Positions 21,708 through 30,742 of a stretch of DNA of 64,000 nt are shown in pieces; the first letter of the stretch is position 1, and each line of letters opens with the position of its first letter. The notes beneath the pieces were generated by a model that saw nothing but the letters and a program-made list of their open reading frames with translations, searched no databases and was not told the origin of the DNA. Source of the DNA: an uncultured Pseudomonadales bacterium (GTDB lineage: Bacteria; Patescibacteriota; Microgenomatia; UBA1400; RBG-16-45-19); assembly GCA_964441155.1 (NCBI GenBank), contig CAYYKL010000001.1, positions 88,393 through 152,392 of the forward strand, in the 5' to 3' direction. The position numbers and the translations under genes were made by a program.

Positions 21708-22716
21708 GCTGAGTCAGTTTTTGTTAGACGATGCGCGCAGCATTGGGGAACGGGTAGACTGGACCCCGCTGGATGGCAAGTCATTGATGATAACGGGTGC
21801 TTCAGGCTTGATCGGACACTACTTACTTGCTTCTCTGACTCATGCTCGAGAAAGCCATGATTTTACTGTGATTGCAGTGTTTCATAGTGAACCGGAGCCA
21901 TATTTGCAAAACATTTTGTCAAAGATCAGCGCCACTGTGTATGTAGGGGATTTGACCGATGAAACTTTATTTTCACAATTACCCCAGTCTGACATGATTA
22001 TTCATGCCGCAGGCTATGGACAACCGGGCCGATTTTTGGAAAATAAATCCAAAACGCTCAAGTTAAATACGTTTGCAACTTTTAAATTGCTTGATTTGCT
22101 TAATCCAAGGGGGCGATTTTTGTTTGTGAGCAGTAGTGAAATTTACAGTGGCTCTCCAAATTCTCCCTACAAAGAAGCAAATATTGGCACTACCACACCA
22201 CTACATCCTCGAGCCTGCTACATTGAGGGAAAACGCGCGGGTGAAACTATAAGCCTTAATTATAGTCGTGAACATGTATCTACGGTGGTTACCCGACTAT
22301 CATTAGCGTATGGACCCGGTACAAAACGACATGATCAGCGCGTTTTGAACAACTTCATTGAAAAAGGCTTAGGTGGCAAGATTGAACTTATGGATGCAGG
22401 CGTAGCTTTACGAACGTATGTGTATGTCACTGATGCGGTTGAAATGTTGTGGAAGATGTTATTGTCTGGCAAAGAACTTGTATATAACTTGGGCGGACAT
22501 TCGCGCTCATCAATTGCTGACCTAGCAAAACTAATTGGAGACTTGATGCAGGTTCCTGTGCTTGTGCCAAAAGTCAGCCAAACAGTATCCGGTGCGCCCG
22601 ACGACGTGTCGCTTGATATGACTCTGGCAGAAAACGAGTTTGGTAAACCTGATTATGTAACGATAGAAGAAGGTTTGAAACGCACCATTGCTTGGCAAAG
22701 GATGATCTATTCATGA
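21700..22716 (+). CDS. NAD-dependent epimerase/dehydratase (UXS-like SDR)
   Basis: TGASGLIG, HAAGYGQP, SSSEIYSG, PRACYIEGKR, YGPG, RTYVYVTD. Confidence 0.85.
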   Translation: MHKLSQFLLDDARSIGERVDWTPLDGKSLMITGASGLIGHYLLASLTHARESHDFTVIAVFHSEPEPYLQNILSKISATVYVGDLTDETLFSQLPQSDMIIHAAGYGQPGRFLENKSKTLKLNTFATFKLLDLLNPRGRFLFVSSSEIYSGSPNSPYKEANIGTTTPLHPRACYIEGKRAGETISLNYSREHVSTVVTRLSLAYGPGTKRHDQRVLNNFIEKGLGGKIELMDAGVALRTYVYVTDAVEMLWKMLLSGKELVYNLGGHSRSSIADLAKLIGDLMQVPVLVPKVSQTVSGAPDDVSLDMTLAENEFGKPDYVTIEEGLKRTIAWQRMIYS

Positions 22717-23477
22717 AAGCTCTTCTTTTTGATATCCGATATCACTTGATTCGGTGGTGGAACCGACAAATACGCCGTCAGGCGATTCAGGATGATTTTG
22801 ACTGGAGCGAGTATCATATCCATTATTTGGGCGAGCTTGAAGATACCAAAAACAAAGTGACTCATCGATTGAAAAAAGGAGACTATATTTTTGTCAATGG
22901 CAGTTTAAAAAAGAAAAAGAAAGTCTTACCGCTCCATCCCAATCATAGACTGCTCTACGAAACGTTATTGCAGCTCAAGTCAGAAAGTATTTTGGAAGTT
23001 GGCAGTGGTGGCGGTGATCATTTATGGAATATGAGCCTGTTATCGCCCAAGCTTAAATTGTATGGTGTGGATTTATTAAAAACACAATTGGAGTTGCAAA
23101 AACGACGTTCTCCTACGCTGAAAGCCATGATCAAGCAAAGAGACATCACGTTACCATATTCGAAAGAAATACCTTCCGTTGATTGCGTATATTCTCAAGC
23201 AGTGATTATGCATATTCATGCTGGCAATGGTCACTTGGTAGCGTTGAGTAATATGTTTCAGGCTGCAATGAATCAAGTTGTGCTTATGGAAAATTGGGGC
23301 AAGCATCAGTTTATGTCAGACATTCTGATGTTACATAAACATGGCATGATTCCTTGGAATACAGTGTACTTTTATTTCCGCCGTTCACCAGAGCTAGGAA
23401 ACGTGCCACATTTAATGGTAGTGTCTCGTGTTAAGCTTGATTACGAACCGCTTACTGATTACCAACTGCTGGCTTGA
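22713..23477 (+). CDS. Class I SAM-dependent methyltransferase
   Basis: ILEVGSGGG, YGVDL, YSQAVIMHI; ATG 22713 overlaps upstream TGA. Confidence 0.8.
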   Translation: MKALLFDIRYHLIRWWNRQIRRQAIQDDFDWSEYHIHYLGELEDTKNKVTHRLKKGDYIFVNGSLKKKKKVLPLHPNHRLLYETLLQLKSESILEVGSGGGDHLWNMSLLSPKLKLYGVDLLKTQLELQKRRSPTLKAMIKQRDITLPYSKEIPSVDCVYSQAVIMHIHAGNGHLVALSNMFQAAMNQVVLMENWGKHQFMSDILMLHKHGMIPWNTVYFYFRRSPELGNVPHLMVVSRVKLDYEPLTDYQLLA

Positions 23478-23485
23478 GGAGAAGA

Positions 23486-24253
23486 ATGAAATTGATGGGA
23501 TTTGATGTTCCACTCAAACCTTTTTTGCCGCCTATCTTACACGATCGGTTGGTAGGTAGTTATTCACAAATAAAAGGCAGTGAACTACAAAAAAAAGGTT
23601 TTAATGCCGAGAAGAAAGAGCCTTTCATTCACTCTCGCTTTAACTCATTTAGTGGACCTCAACACGAAGATTTATTAGTTGATTATCTGCTTGGCTTTCC
23701 GAAAAAGGGCTTTTACGTAGATGTAGGCGCCAATGATCCAGATTTTTTAGGCCACACACAAAGGTTTTATAATAAGGGCTGGAGAGGAATTAACATTGAA
23801 CCCCAAAAAAAATTATGGCACAAACTAAATAAAAAAAGAGCTGAAGACATCAATCTATGCTTAGCAGTTGCTAATGAGTCAGGGACCAAAACTTTCTACT
23901 CCTTACCTCACAGAAACGACGGCTCATCACTAAACTTGACTATGGCTGAGCTTAATAGCAGCTGGCACCACGCAGAAATTCAACCAATAGAGGTATCTGT
24001 CCAGCCATTAAGTGCACTTTTCACTAAATATTTAAAAACTAGTACCATTGATTTCATGTCTGTTGATGTAGAAGGATATGAATTATCGGTGCTGGAAAGT
24101 AATGATTGGGATCGATTCCGCCCTACACTACTCATAGTAGAAATTGCACATTTCAATAACAACAAAATTATTTCTTACCTTAAAAAGCAAGGTTACACAC
24201 TTTTGTATAATAATTATGTTAATGGTATTTTTATGGATCAGGCTTGTATTTGA
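23486..24253 (+). CDS. FkbM family methyltransferase
   Basis: SGPQHED, FYVDVGANDP, GWRGINIEP, IDFMSVDVEGYELSVL; GAGGAG before ATG. Confidence 0.9.
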   Translation: MKLMGFDVPLKPFLPPILHDRLVGSYSQIKGSELQKKGFNAEKKEPFIHSRFNSFSGPQHEDLLVDYLLGFPKKGFYVDVGANDPDFLGHTQRFYNKGWRGINIEPQKKLWHKLNKKRAEDINLCLAVANESGTKTFYSLPHRNDGSSLNLTMAELNSSWHHAEIQPIEVSVQPLSALFTKYLKTSTIDFMSVDVEGYELSVLESNDWDRFRPTLLIVEIAHFNNNKIISYLKKQGYTLLYNNYVNGIFMDQACI

Positions 24254-24264
24254 AGGAATTTAAT

Positions 24265-25191
24265 ATGCATAAATCAATTACGCTGGTTACCGGATCAAAG
24301 GGATTACTGGGCAACGCATTGCGGTCGCTAAAGCCTCACAACACCATTTTCCTAGATAGAGAAGATGTAGACCTCAGAGATTTTAATGCTACTAAAACTT
24401 TATTTCACTACCTGAAGCCAGATCGTATTATCCATTTGGCGGCAGTTGTGGGAGGCTTGGGCAGCAACATGATCCATTCCGGAGAGTATTTTCGCAGCAA
24501 CATCGCTATCAATACAAATGTGCTTGAGTCTGCAAGATTGGCTGGTACGAAAAAATTGATATCGTATATGTCCACATGTGTGTTTCCGGAAAATGCGGCA
24601 TACCCTCTTAATGAGAAGGACTTGCATAACGGAGCTCCTCATCCATCTAATTTTGGCTATGCCTACGCAAAACGAATGCTAGAAGTCCAAAGCAGTGCCT
24701 ATCGGCGAGAATGGCAGTGCGATTACATTATTGCCATTCCGACCAATATGTATGGACCGCATGATTATTGGAGTTTGGAGAATGGCCATGTCGTGCCCTC
24801 TTTAATTCATAAGTGTTACTTAGCTAAGAAAAATAAGACTTCTCTGACTATTTGGGGGAGTGGCAAACCACTTCGTGAATTTGTATTTGCACGCGATATT
24901 GCTCAACTCAGTCTATGGGCGTTAGATGAATACGAAGAAGCGGCACCCATCATTTTATCGTCTGGAGAAGAAATTAGCATTAGAGATTTGGTAGACCTAA
25001 TCGTGCAACTAATGAAGTTTAAAGGAAAAGTTCATTTTGATTTGGATAAACCAGATGGACAGATCAGAAAGCCATCAGATGTTGGCAAGCTGAAGCAGCA
25101 TTTACCACATTTCAAATTCACCCCAATCGAGGTTGGTTTACAAGAGACAATCGAGTGGTTTGAGAGTCATTACCCAGACGTAAGATTGTAA
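24265..25191 (+). CDS. fcl: Second GDP-L-fucose synthase family protein
   Basis: HLAAVVGGLG, STCVFP, SNFGYAYAKR, PTNMYGP, HVVPSLIHK, WGSGKPLREF, KPDGQIRK. Confidence 0.88.
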   Translation: MHKSITLVTGSKGLLGNALRSLKPHNTIFLDREDVDLRDFNATKTLFHYLKPDRIIHLAAVVGGLGSNMIHSGEYFRSNIAINTNVLESARLAGTKKLISYMSTCVFPENAAYPLNEKDLHNGAPHPSNFGYAYAKRMLEVQSSAYRREWQCDYIIAIPTNMYGPHDYWSLENGHVVPSLIHKCYLAKKNKTSLTIWGSGKPLREFVFARDIAQLSLWALDEYEEAAPIILSSGEEISIRDLVDLIVQLMKFKGKVHFDLDKPDGQIRKPSDVGKLKQHLPHFKFTPIEVGLQETIEWFESHYPDVRL

Positions 25192-25193
25192 TT

Positions 25194-26123
25194 ATGGCCA
25201 AGCAAATTCGATTAGTAGCTACAGATTTTGAGAGAGCATTTGGGAGCCCACTTTCTCGTAGAGTCAAGCAGAGGTTGGAACAAAAGCGCATAGTGTTGGA
25301 GCCATTGTCAATTACAGAGAGAGACCACGTCATTCAACAAATAATCAATACTTTGCTAGATCCCAGCATCATACCGGCTGGCAAACATCGCCGATCTCAA
25401 TGGGAAACGGGCTGGAGAGAAAATCTGATCCTGTATCAAGAAACTAATAGCTTGACTACTATACTACCTCGTTATTTTGGCAAGTATCCTTATGTAAGAT
25501 TTGAAGGTGAGTTTTTTCGAACAGCACATGATAATACAGAATATCTCATGCTTGAAGTGTTGTTGGATTGGTTGTTTGACAAATACCTAGCGAATAAACC
25601 AGTTGTGTATGAATTCGGTTGTGGAACTGGTCATAACTTATTACGATTGAGAGAAATCAATTTAGATGCGGAGCTATGGGGACTAGATTGGGCTGAGTCC
25701 TCTCAGAAAATACTGTCAGAATATGTTTCCAAAGGCATGATCACTAAACTTAATGCCAATAAATTTGATTATTTTGAACCAGATTATAACTTCAACCTAG
25801 CACCTGAATCAGCTCTGTTTACCGTGGCTTCCTTAGAACAAATTGGGAATCAGTATGTCCCGTTTGTTGATTACGTGTTACAGAAAAAGCCTTCCTTGTG
25901 CTTACATATTGAGCCAATGGCAGAACTCCTTGATTCCAATCGACTGCCAGATTTTCTGTCAATTGCATACTTTAGCAAGCGCAATTATTTGTCTGGATAC
26001 GTTGAGTATTTAAAAAAACTTGAGAGTGAGGACAAGCTAGAGATTCTTCTAGCTCAACGATCTAACATTGGCAGTATGTTTGTTGATGGATACTCAATTG
26101 TTGTTTGGCGCCCACTTCAATAA
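25194..26123 (+). CDS. Class I SAM-dependent methyltransferase
   Basis: YEFGCGTGHNL, WGLDW, TVASLEQ, HIEP. Confidence 0.8.
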   Translation: MAKQIRLVATDFERAFGSPLSRRVKQRLEQKRIVLEPLSITERDHVIQQIINTLLDPSIIPAGKHRRSQWETGWRENLILYQETNSLTTILPRYFGKYPYVRFEGEFFRTAHDNTEYLMLEVLLDWLFDKYLANKPVVYEFGCGTGHNLLRLREINLDAELWGLDWAESSQKILSEYVSKGMITKLNANKFDYFEPDYNFNLAPESALFTVASLEQIGNQYVPFVDYVLQKKPSLCLHIEPMAELLDSNRLPDFLSIAYFSKRNYLSGYVEYLKKLESEDKLEILLAQRSNIGSMFVDGYSIVVWRPLQ

Positions 26124-26133
26124 AAGGCTATTT

Positions 26134-26982
26134 ATGTCTCACTCGCCATTTGTTTCCCTTGTAATTGTGACATTTGGTAGGTCAGATTATTTGGAACAAC
26201 TAATTGGTTCTATTCGTGAAACCTCACCTTCACATGAGCGCGAAGTAATAGTGGTTTCTTCAGACCCCAGAGAAAGCAAGAAAGCGAAATGGCTGAGGCA
26301 ACAAAAAGACCTTGTTACGTTATTTGTTGATGAGCGGCTACCTGGCCAGACACGTAAAAAAAGCTTATATTACTATACCAATTACGGTCTTAAAGCGGCT
26401 AAGGGAGAGTGGTTATTCGTCCTAAACGACGACATGAAAATGTCGAAGAATTGGTTTAGAGAGCTAAAATCCACAGTCAGCCAACATTCAAATGTGGGCA
26501 TGATAATTACCGCTAGCCATATTGGCGCAACTAACCTGGGACCTCGAATTCCAATAATAGGAAAGGTGCGCCAAAAAAATGACTCTTGGCGAAATATTTA
26601 TTTAGCTGATGTAGCAGTTATCCGCTCTAATGTGCTGGAATCAGTGGGTTATTTTGATGAACATATGGATTGGTATGGCAGCGGAGTTGATAATTCTTTA
26701 AAAATCGAATTACTCTCTGAATACCAGGTTATAACCAATTCAAAAATTGTGATCGACCACTTCATTGCCAGTGAATTAAGAGAGGTTAATAGAGGAACAG
26801 CATTTTGGGATTTTAATTATATTCACCGAAAATGGCAAAAGTGGGGTAAAAAGAACTCCGTGGAAATTCAAGTTACTTTGGGAACAAAACCCTATAGCAT
26901 CCTTTCGGTATCAAGCCAGGTTGCTCAAGATTTAAACCATTTGGTTTTTCGCTGGATTAAGCAATGGCTTAGTCGCCTATGA
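26134..26982 (+). CDS. GT2 glycosyltransferase
   Basis: VSLVIVTFGR, NYGLKAAKGEWLFVLNDD, VGYFDE; ATG 26134. Confidence 0.82.
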   Translation: MSHSPFVSLVIVTFGRSDYLEQLIGSIRETSPSHEREVIVVSSDPRESKKAKWLRQQKDLVTLFVDERLPGQTRKKSLYYYTNYGLKAAKGEWLFVLNDDMKMSKNWFRELKSTVSQHSNVGMIITASHIGATNLGPRIPIIGKVRQKNDSWRNIYLADVAVIRSNVLESVGYFDEHMDWYGSGVDNSLKIELLSEYQVITNSKIVIDHFIASELREVNRGTAFWDFNYIHRKWQKWGKKNSVEIQVTLGTKPYSILSVSSQVAQDLNHLVFRWIKQWLSRL

Positions 26983-28019
26983 AAAAAAGAGTTTCCTTTC
27001 TAGTTAAAGACGAATGTTTTCTTAATAACAGATTTTTTGCTCGAAATGATTCGCTTATGCGCGATGGACTGAATGATAGGTATATTGCATTCTATGACTT
27101 ATTAACAAAATTTGACATTGAGATCGGGACTCAAGATTTAGTAGACCCCAGGAGCGCAGATCTGGTAATCATGCATGATTTTAGTCCAAAACTTTGGAAT
27201 TTGATTCCCAACAAAAAAAATATTAAGAAGTACCTTTTGGCATATGAGCCACAGGTGGTCAACAACGATAATTGGAAAACAAGCACGTTAGCGCTTTTTG
27301 ATAGGGTTTTTACCTGGAATTTAAAGCTCATCAACAATAAACATGTAATTTGGCTTCCCCTGAGCATGCGTCTCGAATTTGCTGAAGCTAATTGGGAACA
27401 GTTTAGACAAAGGATTTTTTGCGGTTCTGTATATAGTTTTAAACCAAGCTCAAAAAAGAATTCTCTCTATAATAATCGACTTTTTGATACTCTATCTCTT
27501 TCTAGATTAAATCCAGGTCAAGTGCATTTATATGGCCAGGGTTGGAGCCGTATTGCCGAAAATAACCTCAACATAATCGGAAAGTTATCATTGTTATTCC
27601 AGTTAAGAGGATTTCTACCATCAGAAATAATGTCTATTTATCGCGGCACTATAGAGAAGAAAAACCCAACGCTGAGACAATATAAATTTAGTTTATGTTA
27701 TGAAAATATGAGCGGTGTTTCTGGATTTGTGACAGAAAAACTTTTTGACGTAATGAAGGCAGGATCTATCCCAATATATCTAGGCGCACAAGATATAACT
27801 GACCTCGTACCCGAAAGCTGTTATATTGACAGACGAAAATTCAGATCAATCGGCAATCTAAATTCCCATCTTCACTCATTTAATTCAGAAGATTACAACT
27901 ACATGCTGATGGCTCAGGAAAAATTTGTAAAAAGTCATTTTGGAAATATCTTTCAAGCTTCAACTTGGGCAAAGACTTTAGGGGAATGGTTATTGCGTGA
28001 TTTGGATCTCGAGCAGTAG
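26979..28019 (+). CDS. GT10 alpha-1,3/4-fucosyltransferase-like
   Basis: YKFSLCYEN..GFVTEKLFDVMKAGSIPIYLG is the GT10 signature. Confidence 0.88.
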   Translation: MKKRVSFLVKDECFLNNRFFARNDSLMRDGLNDRYIAFYDLLTKFDIEIGTQDLVDPRSADLVIMHDFSPKLWNLIPNKKNIKKYLLAYEPQVVNNDNWKTSTLALFDRVFTWNLKLINNKHVIWLPLSMRLEFAEANWEQFRQRIFCGSVYSFKPSSKKNSLYNNRLFDTLSLSRLNPGQVHLYGQGWSRIAENNLNIIGKLSLLFQLRGFLPSEIMSIYRGTIEKKNPTLRQYKFSLCYENMSGVSGFVTEKLFDVMKAGSIPIYLGAQDITDLVPESCYIDRRKFRSIGNLNSHLHSFNSEDYNYMLMAQEKFVKSHFGNIFQASTWAKTLGEWLLRDLDLEQ

Positions 28020-28021
28020 TC

Positions 28022-28786
28022 TCAATTTTTGGCACGATTTTGTTTCTTTGCGACAACATGAATTCCATAGCTAAGAATTTCTTCTGTGTTTTGAGAGTGC
28101 GTTGAAAATTGATGCAAAGTTCTGAGAACAATCAGTCTAGCAATCGCAAAAAGCCAATTAGTCTTGTAAGCTGATTTGCTGTGTCGATGTTGAAAAATTT
28201 CCATCCTTCTTAATTCTTGTGCCAGATATTCAAAGTAATTCCCGTTAAATGTTAGCTCTAAGATGTTAAATCCATTTTTCTCGAGAACGTATTGATACCA
28301 ATATTTGCTCAGTCCTGTTTGAAAAAAATATGGCGCATAGTGGGTCAGAGAACAAATTGGTGCAGTGATTATTAGCTTTCCATCGGGTTTTAATATTCGA
28401 GAAAATTCTTGGATCGCTTTAACTGGCTCTGGTACGTGTTCAAGAACTTCTATGCACATGATTGCATCAAAAGTGCCTGCACCAACTGGAATGGCTGTAA
28501 TATCAGAGACAATATCTAGTTTTGAATTATCCCAACTACTGGTTTGCATCCCTTCATGATTCCCCTTGCCATCATATTGACCAAAGTCTTGGCTGGTGTA
28601 ACGCAAATGGCTACAGTAGGGTTTGTATTTCAGCTCTCCTGCGCCGGCGTCTAATATAGTCAATCCTTTGGGTAATTTTTTCAGCGTTTTTTCTAGCCAA
28701 GCTTCTCTAAAGCGTGTGTTGGTCGTGCCAATTGGACTGGTAATTTTTTCGAAGATTTTTGCTTTTATTCCACTAATAACGTTCAT
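28022..28786 (-). CDS. Class I SAM-dependent methyltransferase
   Basis: ILDAGAG, FDAIMCIEVLEHVPEP..RILKPDGKLIITAP; start ATG 28786 or 28798 (track 28837). Confidence 0.88.
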   Translation of the reverse strand: MNVISGIKAKIFEKITSPIGTTNTRFREAWLEKTLKKLPKGLTILDAGAGELKYKPYCSHLRYTSQDFGQYDGKGNHEGMQTSSWDNSKLDIVSDITAIPVGAGTFDAIMCIEVLEHVPEPVKAIQEFSRILKPDGKLIITAPICSLTHYAPYFFQTGLSKYWYQYVLEKNGFNILELTFNGNYFEYLAQELRRMEIFQHRHSKSAYKTNWLFAIARLIVLRTLHQFSTHSQNTEEILSYGIHVVAKKQNRAKN

Positions 28787-28863
28787 ATAAATTTTCATTA
28801 TATTCAGATTTAACAACAACACTTTATAATGTAGCATACTGATTCTGTTACTAAAGGTTGAAC

Positions 28864-29760
28864 ATGATTATTGTTGGATTGGCTGGTGGACTGGGAAACC
28901 AGATGTTTCAGTTCGCTTTAGGATATCGATTGGCATTAGACCGAGCAGTGCCCTTGGCATTTGATGTATCGGGTTTGCACAACCCAACAATAGTGGCCAG
29001 AAATTTTAGCTTGGGTGTATTTGGAATAAAAAAAACTATTGCTCCAGAAAATGTTATTCAAAGATATCGTTATGGGTCTTTATTTCCAAACCGGCCGTAT
29101 ATTCACTCCTTAATAGATTCGGTTTTTCCATTGAAAAGAAAATCCTATAAACAAGAATCTGGACTTGGCTTTGATAGCTCAGTATTCGGTCTGGGAAAGA
29201 ATGTCTATCTCCAGGGTTATTGGCAAAGTGAGCAATATTTCCTAGACCGAGAATCATACATTAGAAAAGCATTGAGTTTTACCCCTACGCTTCAAGAAAA
29301 TATTCGCGATTGGGAAGCCAAAATATCCAATTCTCATTCTGTTGCTGTGCATGTGAGAAGAGGGGATTACGTTACCGATCCTAAAGCGAATGCAATTAAT
29401 GGTGTGTTAGAGACGAAATATTACATGAGAGCAAGTGAGTTTTTGGAAAAAACAATTAAACACCGAACCAGAAATTCCTCCAATCAACTTGAGTATTTTG
29501 TTTTTTCGGATGATCTACATTGGGCTCAGAAAAACATTACTTTTAAAGGCAAAACTCATTTTGTCGAAACCAAGATTGATTATGAGGATATGAGGTTGAT
29601 GAGCCTGTGTCGGCATCAAATAATCGCCAACAGCACGTTTAGCTGGTGGAGTGCATGGCTTAATAAAAATGGTGATAAGATCGTTGTAGCTCCAAAAAAT
29701 TGGTTTATGGCGCCACTTTCGAATCCTGACTTAATCCCAAACAGCTGGATGCAATTGTAA
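28864..29760 (+). CDS. GT11 alpha-1,2-fucosyltransferase-like
   Basis: GGLGNQMFQ, GYWQSEQYF, HVRRGDY, FSDD, ANSTFSWWSAWL. Confidence 0.93.
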   Translation: MIIVGLAGGLGNQMFQFALGYRLALDRAVPLAFDVSGLHNPTIVARNFSLGVFGIKKTIAPENVIQRYRYGSLFPNRPYIHSLIDSVFPLKRKSYKQESGLGFDSSVFGLGKNVYLQGYWQSEQYFLDRESYIRKALSFTPTLQENIRDWEAKISNSHSVAVHVRRGDYVTDPKANAINGVLETKYYMRASEFLEKTIKHRTRNSSNQLEYFVFSDDLHWAQKNITFKGKTHFVETKIDYEDMRLMSLCRHQIIANSTFSWWSAWLNKNGDKIVVAPKNWFMAPLSNPDLIPNSWMQL

Positions 29761-29761
29761 T

Positions 29762-30739
29762 ATGCACTTATCATTCTTGCCCTGCCTCGTGGATCCAATT
29801 TCTCATAGTCCACTGCAAATTAAAGTGACAAAAAGAAGAGGATCGTTTATAGACGAAGGCTCATTGATAGGTAGAAAATCCATATACCCAATAGTTCATG
29901 GAATTCCCCGTTTTAGTGGATATCAGGATGACAAGAAGTATGCTGATAGTTTTTCTTATCAATGGAACCGATGGGGATTAATCCAGTTTGAGCGATTCAA
30001 TAAGGGCTATCCTATGGAAGGTCATACTCGCACAATTTGGGAACGGGTAACCGGAGTTACCGGGTCTTTAACAGGCAAAACGGTCGTTGATTGGGGTTGT
30101 GGAACGGGAAGATTTATTGAGATTGCTCGGGAGAAAAAAGCTAAAGTAATTGGAATTGATCTAAGTTACTCGGTAGAAATTGCTCAGCAACAATTTGCTG
30201 ATGATCCTAATGTGCTAATCATTCAGGGAGATATCTTAAATTCACCCATTGCACATTCTACAGCAGACTTGGGGTATTCTATTGGGGTGTTGCACCATAC
30301 GCCAAATCCTAAACAGGGTTTTCACGAATTGGTAAAAATGATTAAACCAAAAGGTCGTGTGGCAGTTTCCGTGTATGGGACTTCAGGACATTATGTTAAC
30401 CCTGTGGTAAACATGTATCGTCAAGTTTTCAAGTATTTGTGGCCCGTTTTGAAACATTATCCGCCTCTAATATATTCGTACTCAGTTGTGTATGGGATTA
30501 ACCCCATAAAGAAGTTGCCAATCCTTAGAAATTTGATGTGGCCGCTTTTTTCTATGTTCCCATCTATTGATTTACCAGATCCTCGATGGTCAGTGCTGGA
30601 CACGTTTGATAGTGTTACTCCAACATATCAAAAAGGATTATCTTTATATGAAGTTTTTGATTGGTTTAAGTCAAACAAATTATCAGAGATTGAGCCAGCT
30701 GATTGGAAAGGTACGTGCCTGAGGGCGTATAAAAAATAA
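29762..30739 (+). CDS. Trm112-like domain fused to class I methyltransferase
   Basis: N-terminal LVDPISHSPL..YPIVHGIPRF; then DWGCGTGR, IGVLHHTP..KPKG. Confidence 0.85.
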   Translation: MHLSFLPCLVDPISHSPLQIKVTKRRGSFIDEGSLIGRKSIYPIVHGIPRFSGYQDDKKYADSFSYQWNRWGLIQFERFNKGYPMEGHTRTIWERVTGVTGSLTGKTVVDWGCGTGRFIEIAREKKAKVIGIDLSYSVEIAQQQFADDPNVLIIQGDILNSPIAHSTADLGYSIGVLHHTPNPKQGFHELVKMIKPKGRVAVSVYGTSGHYVNPVVNMYRQVFKYLWPVLKHYPPLIYSYSVVYGINPIKKLPILRNLMWPLFSMFPSIDLPDPRWSVLDTFDSVTPTYQKGLSLYEVFDWFKSNKLSEIEPADWKGTCLRAYKK

Positions 30740-30742
30740 TAT

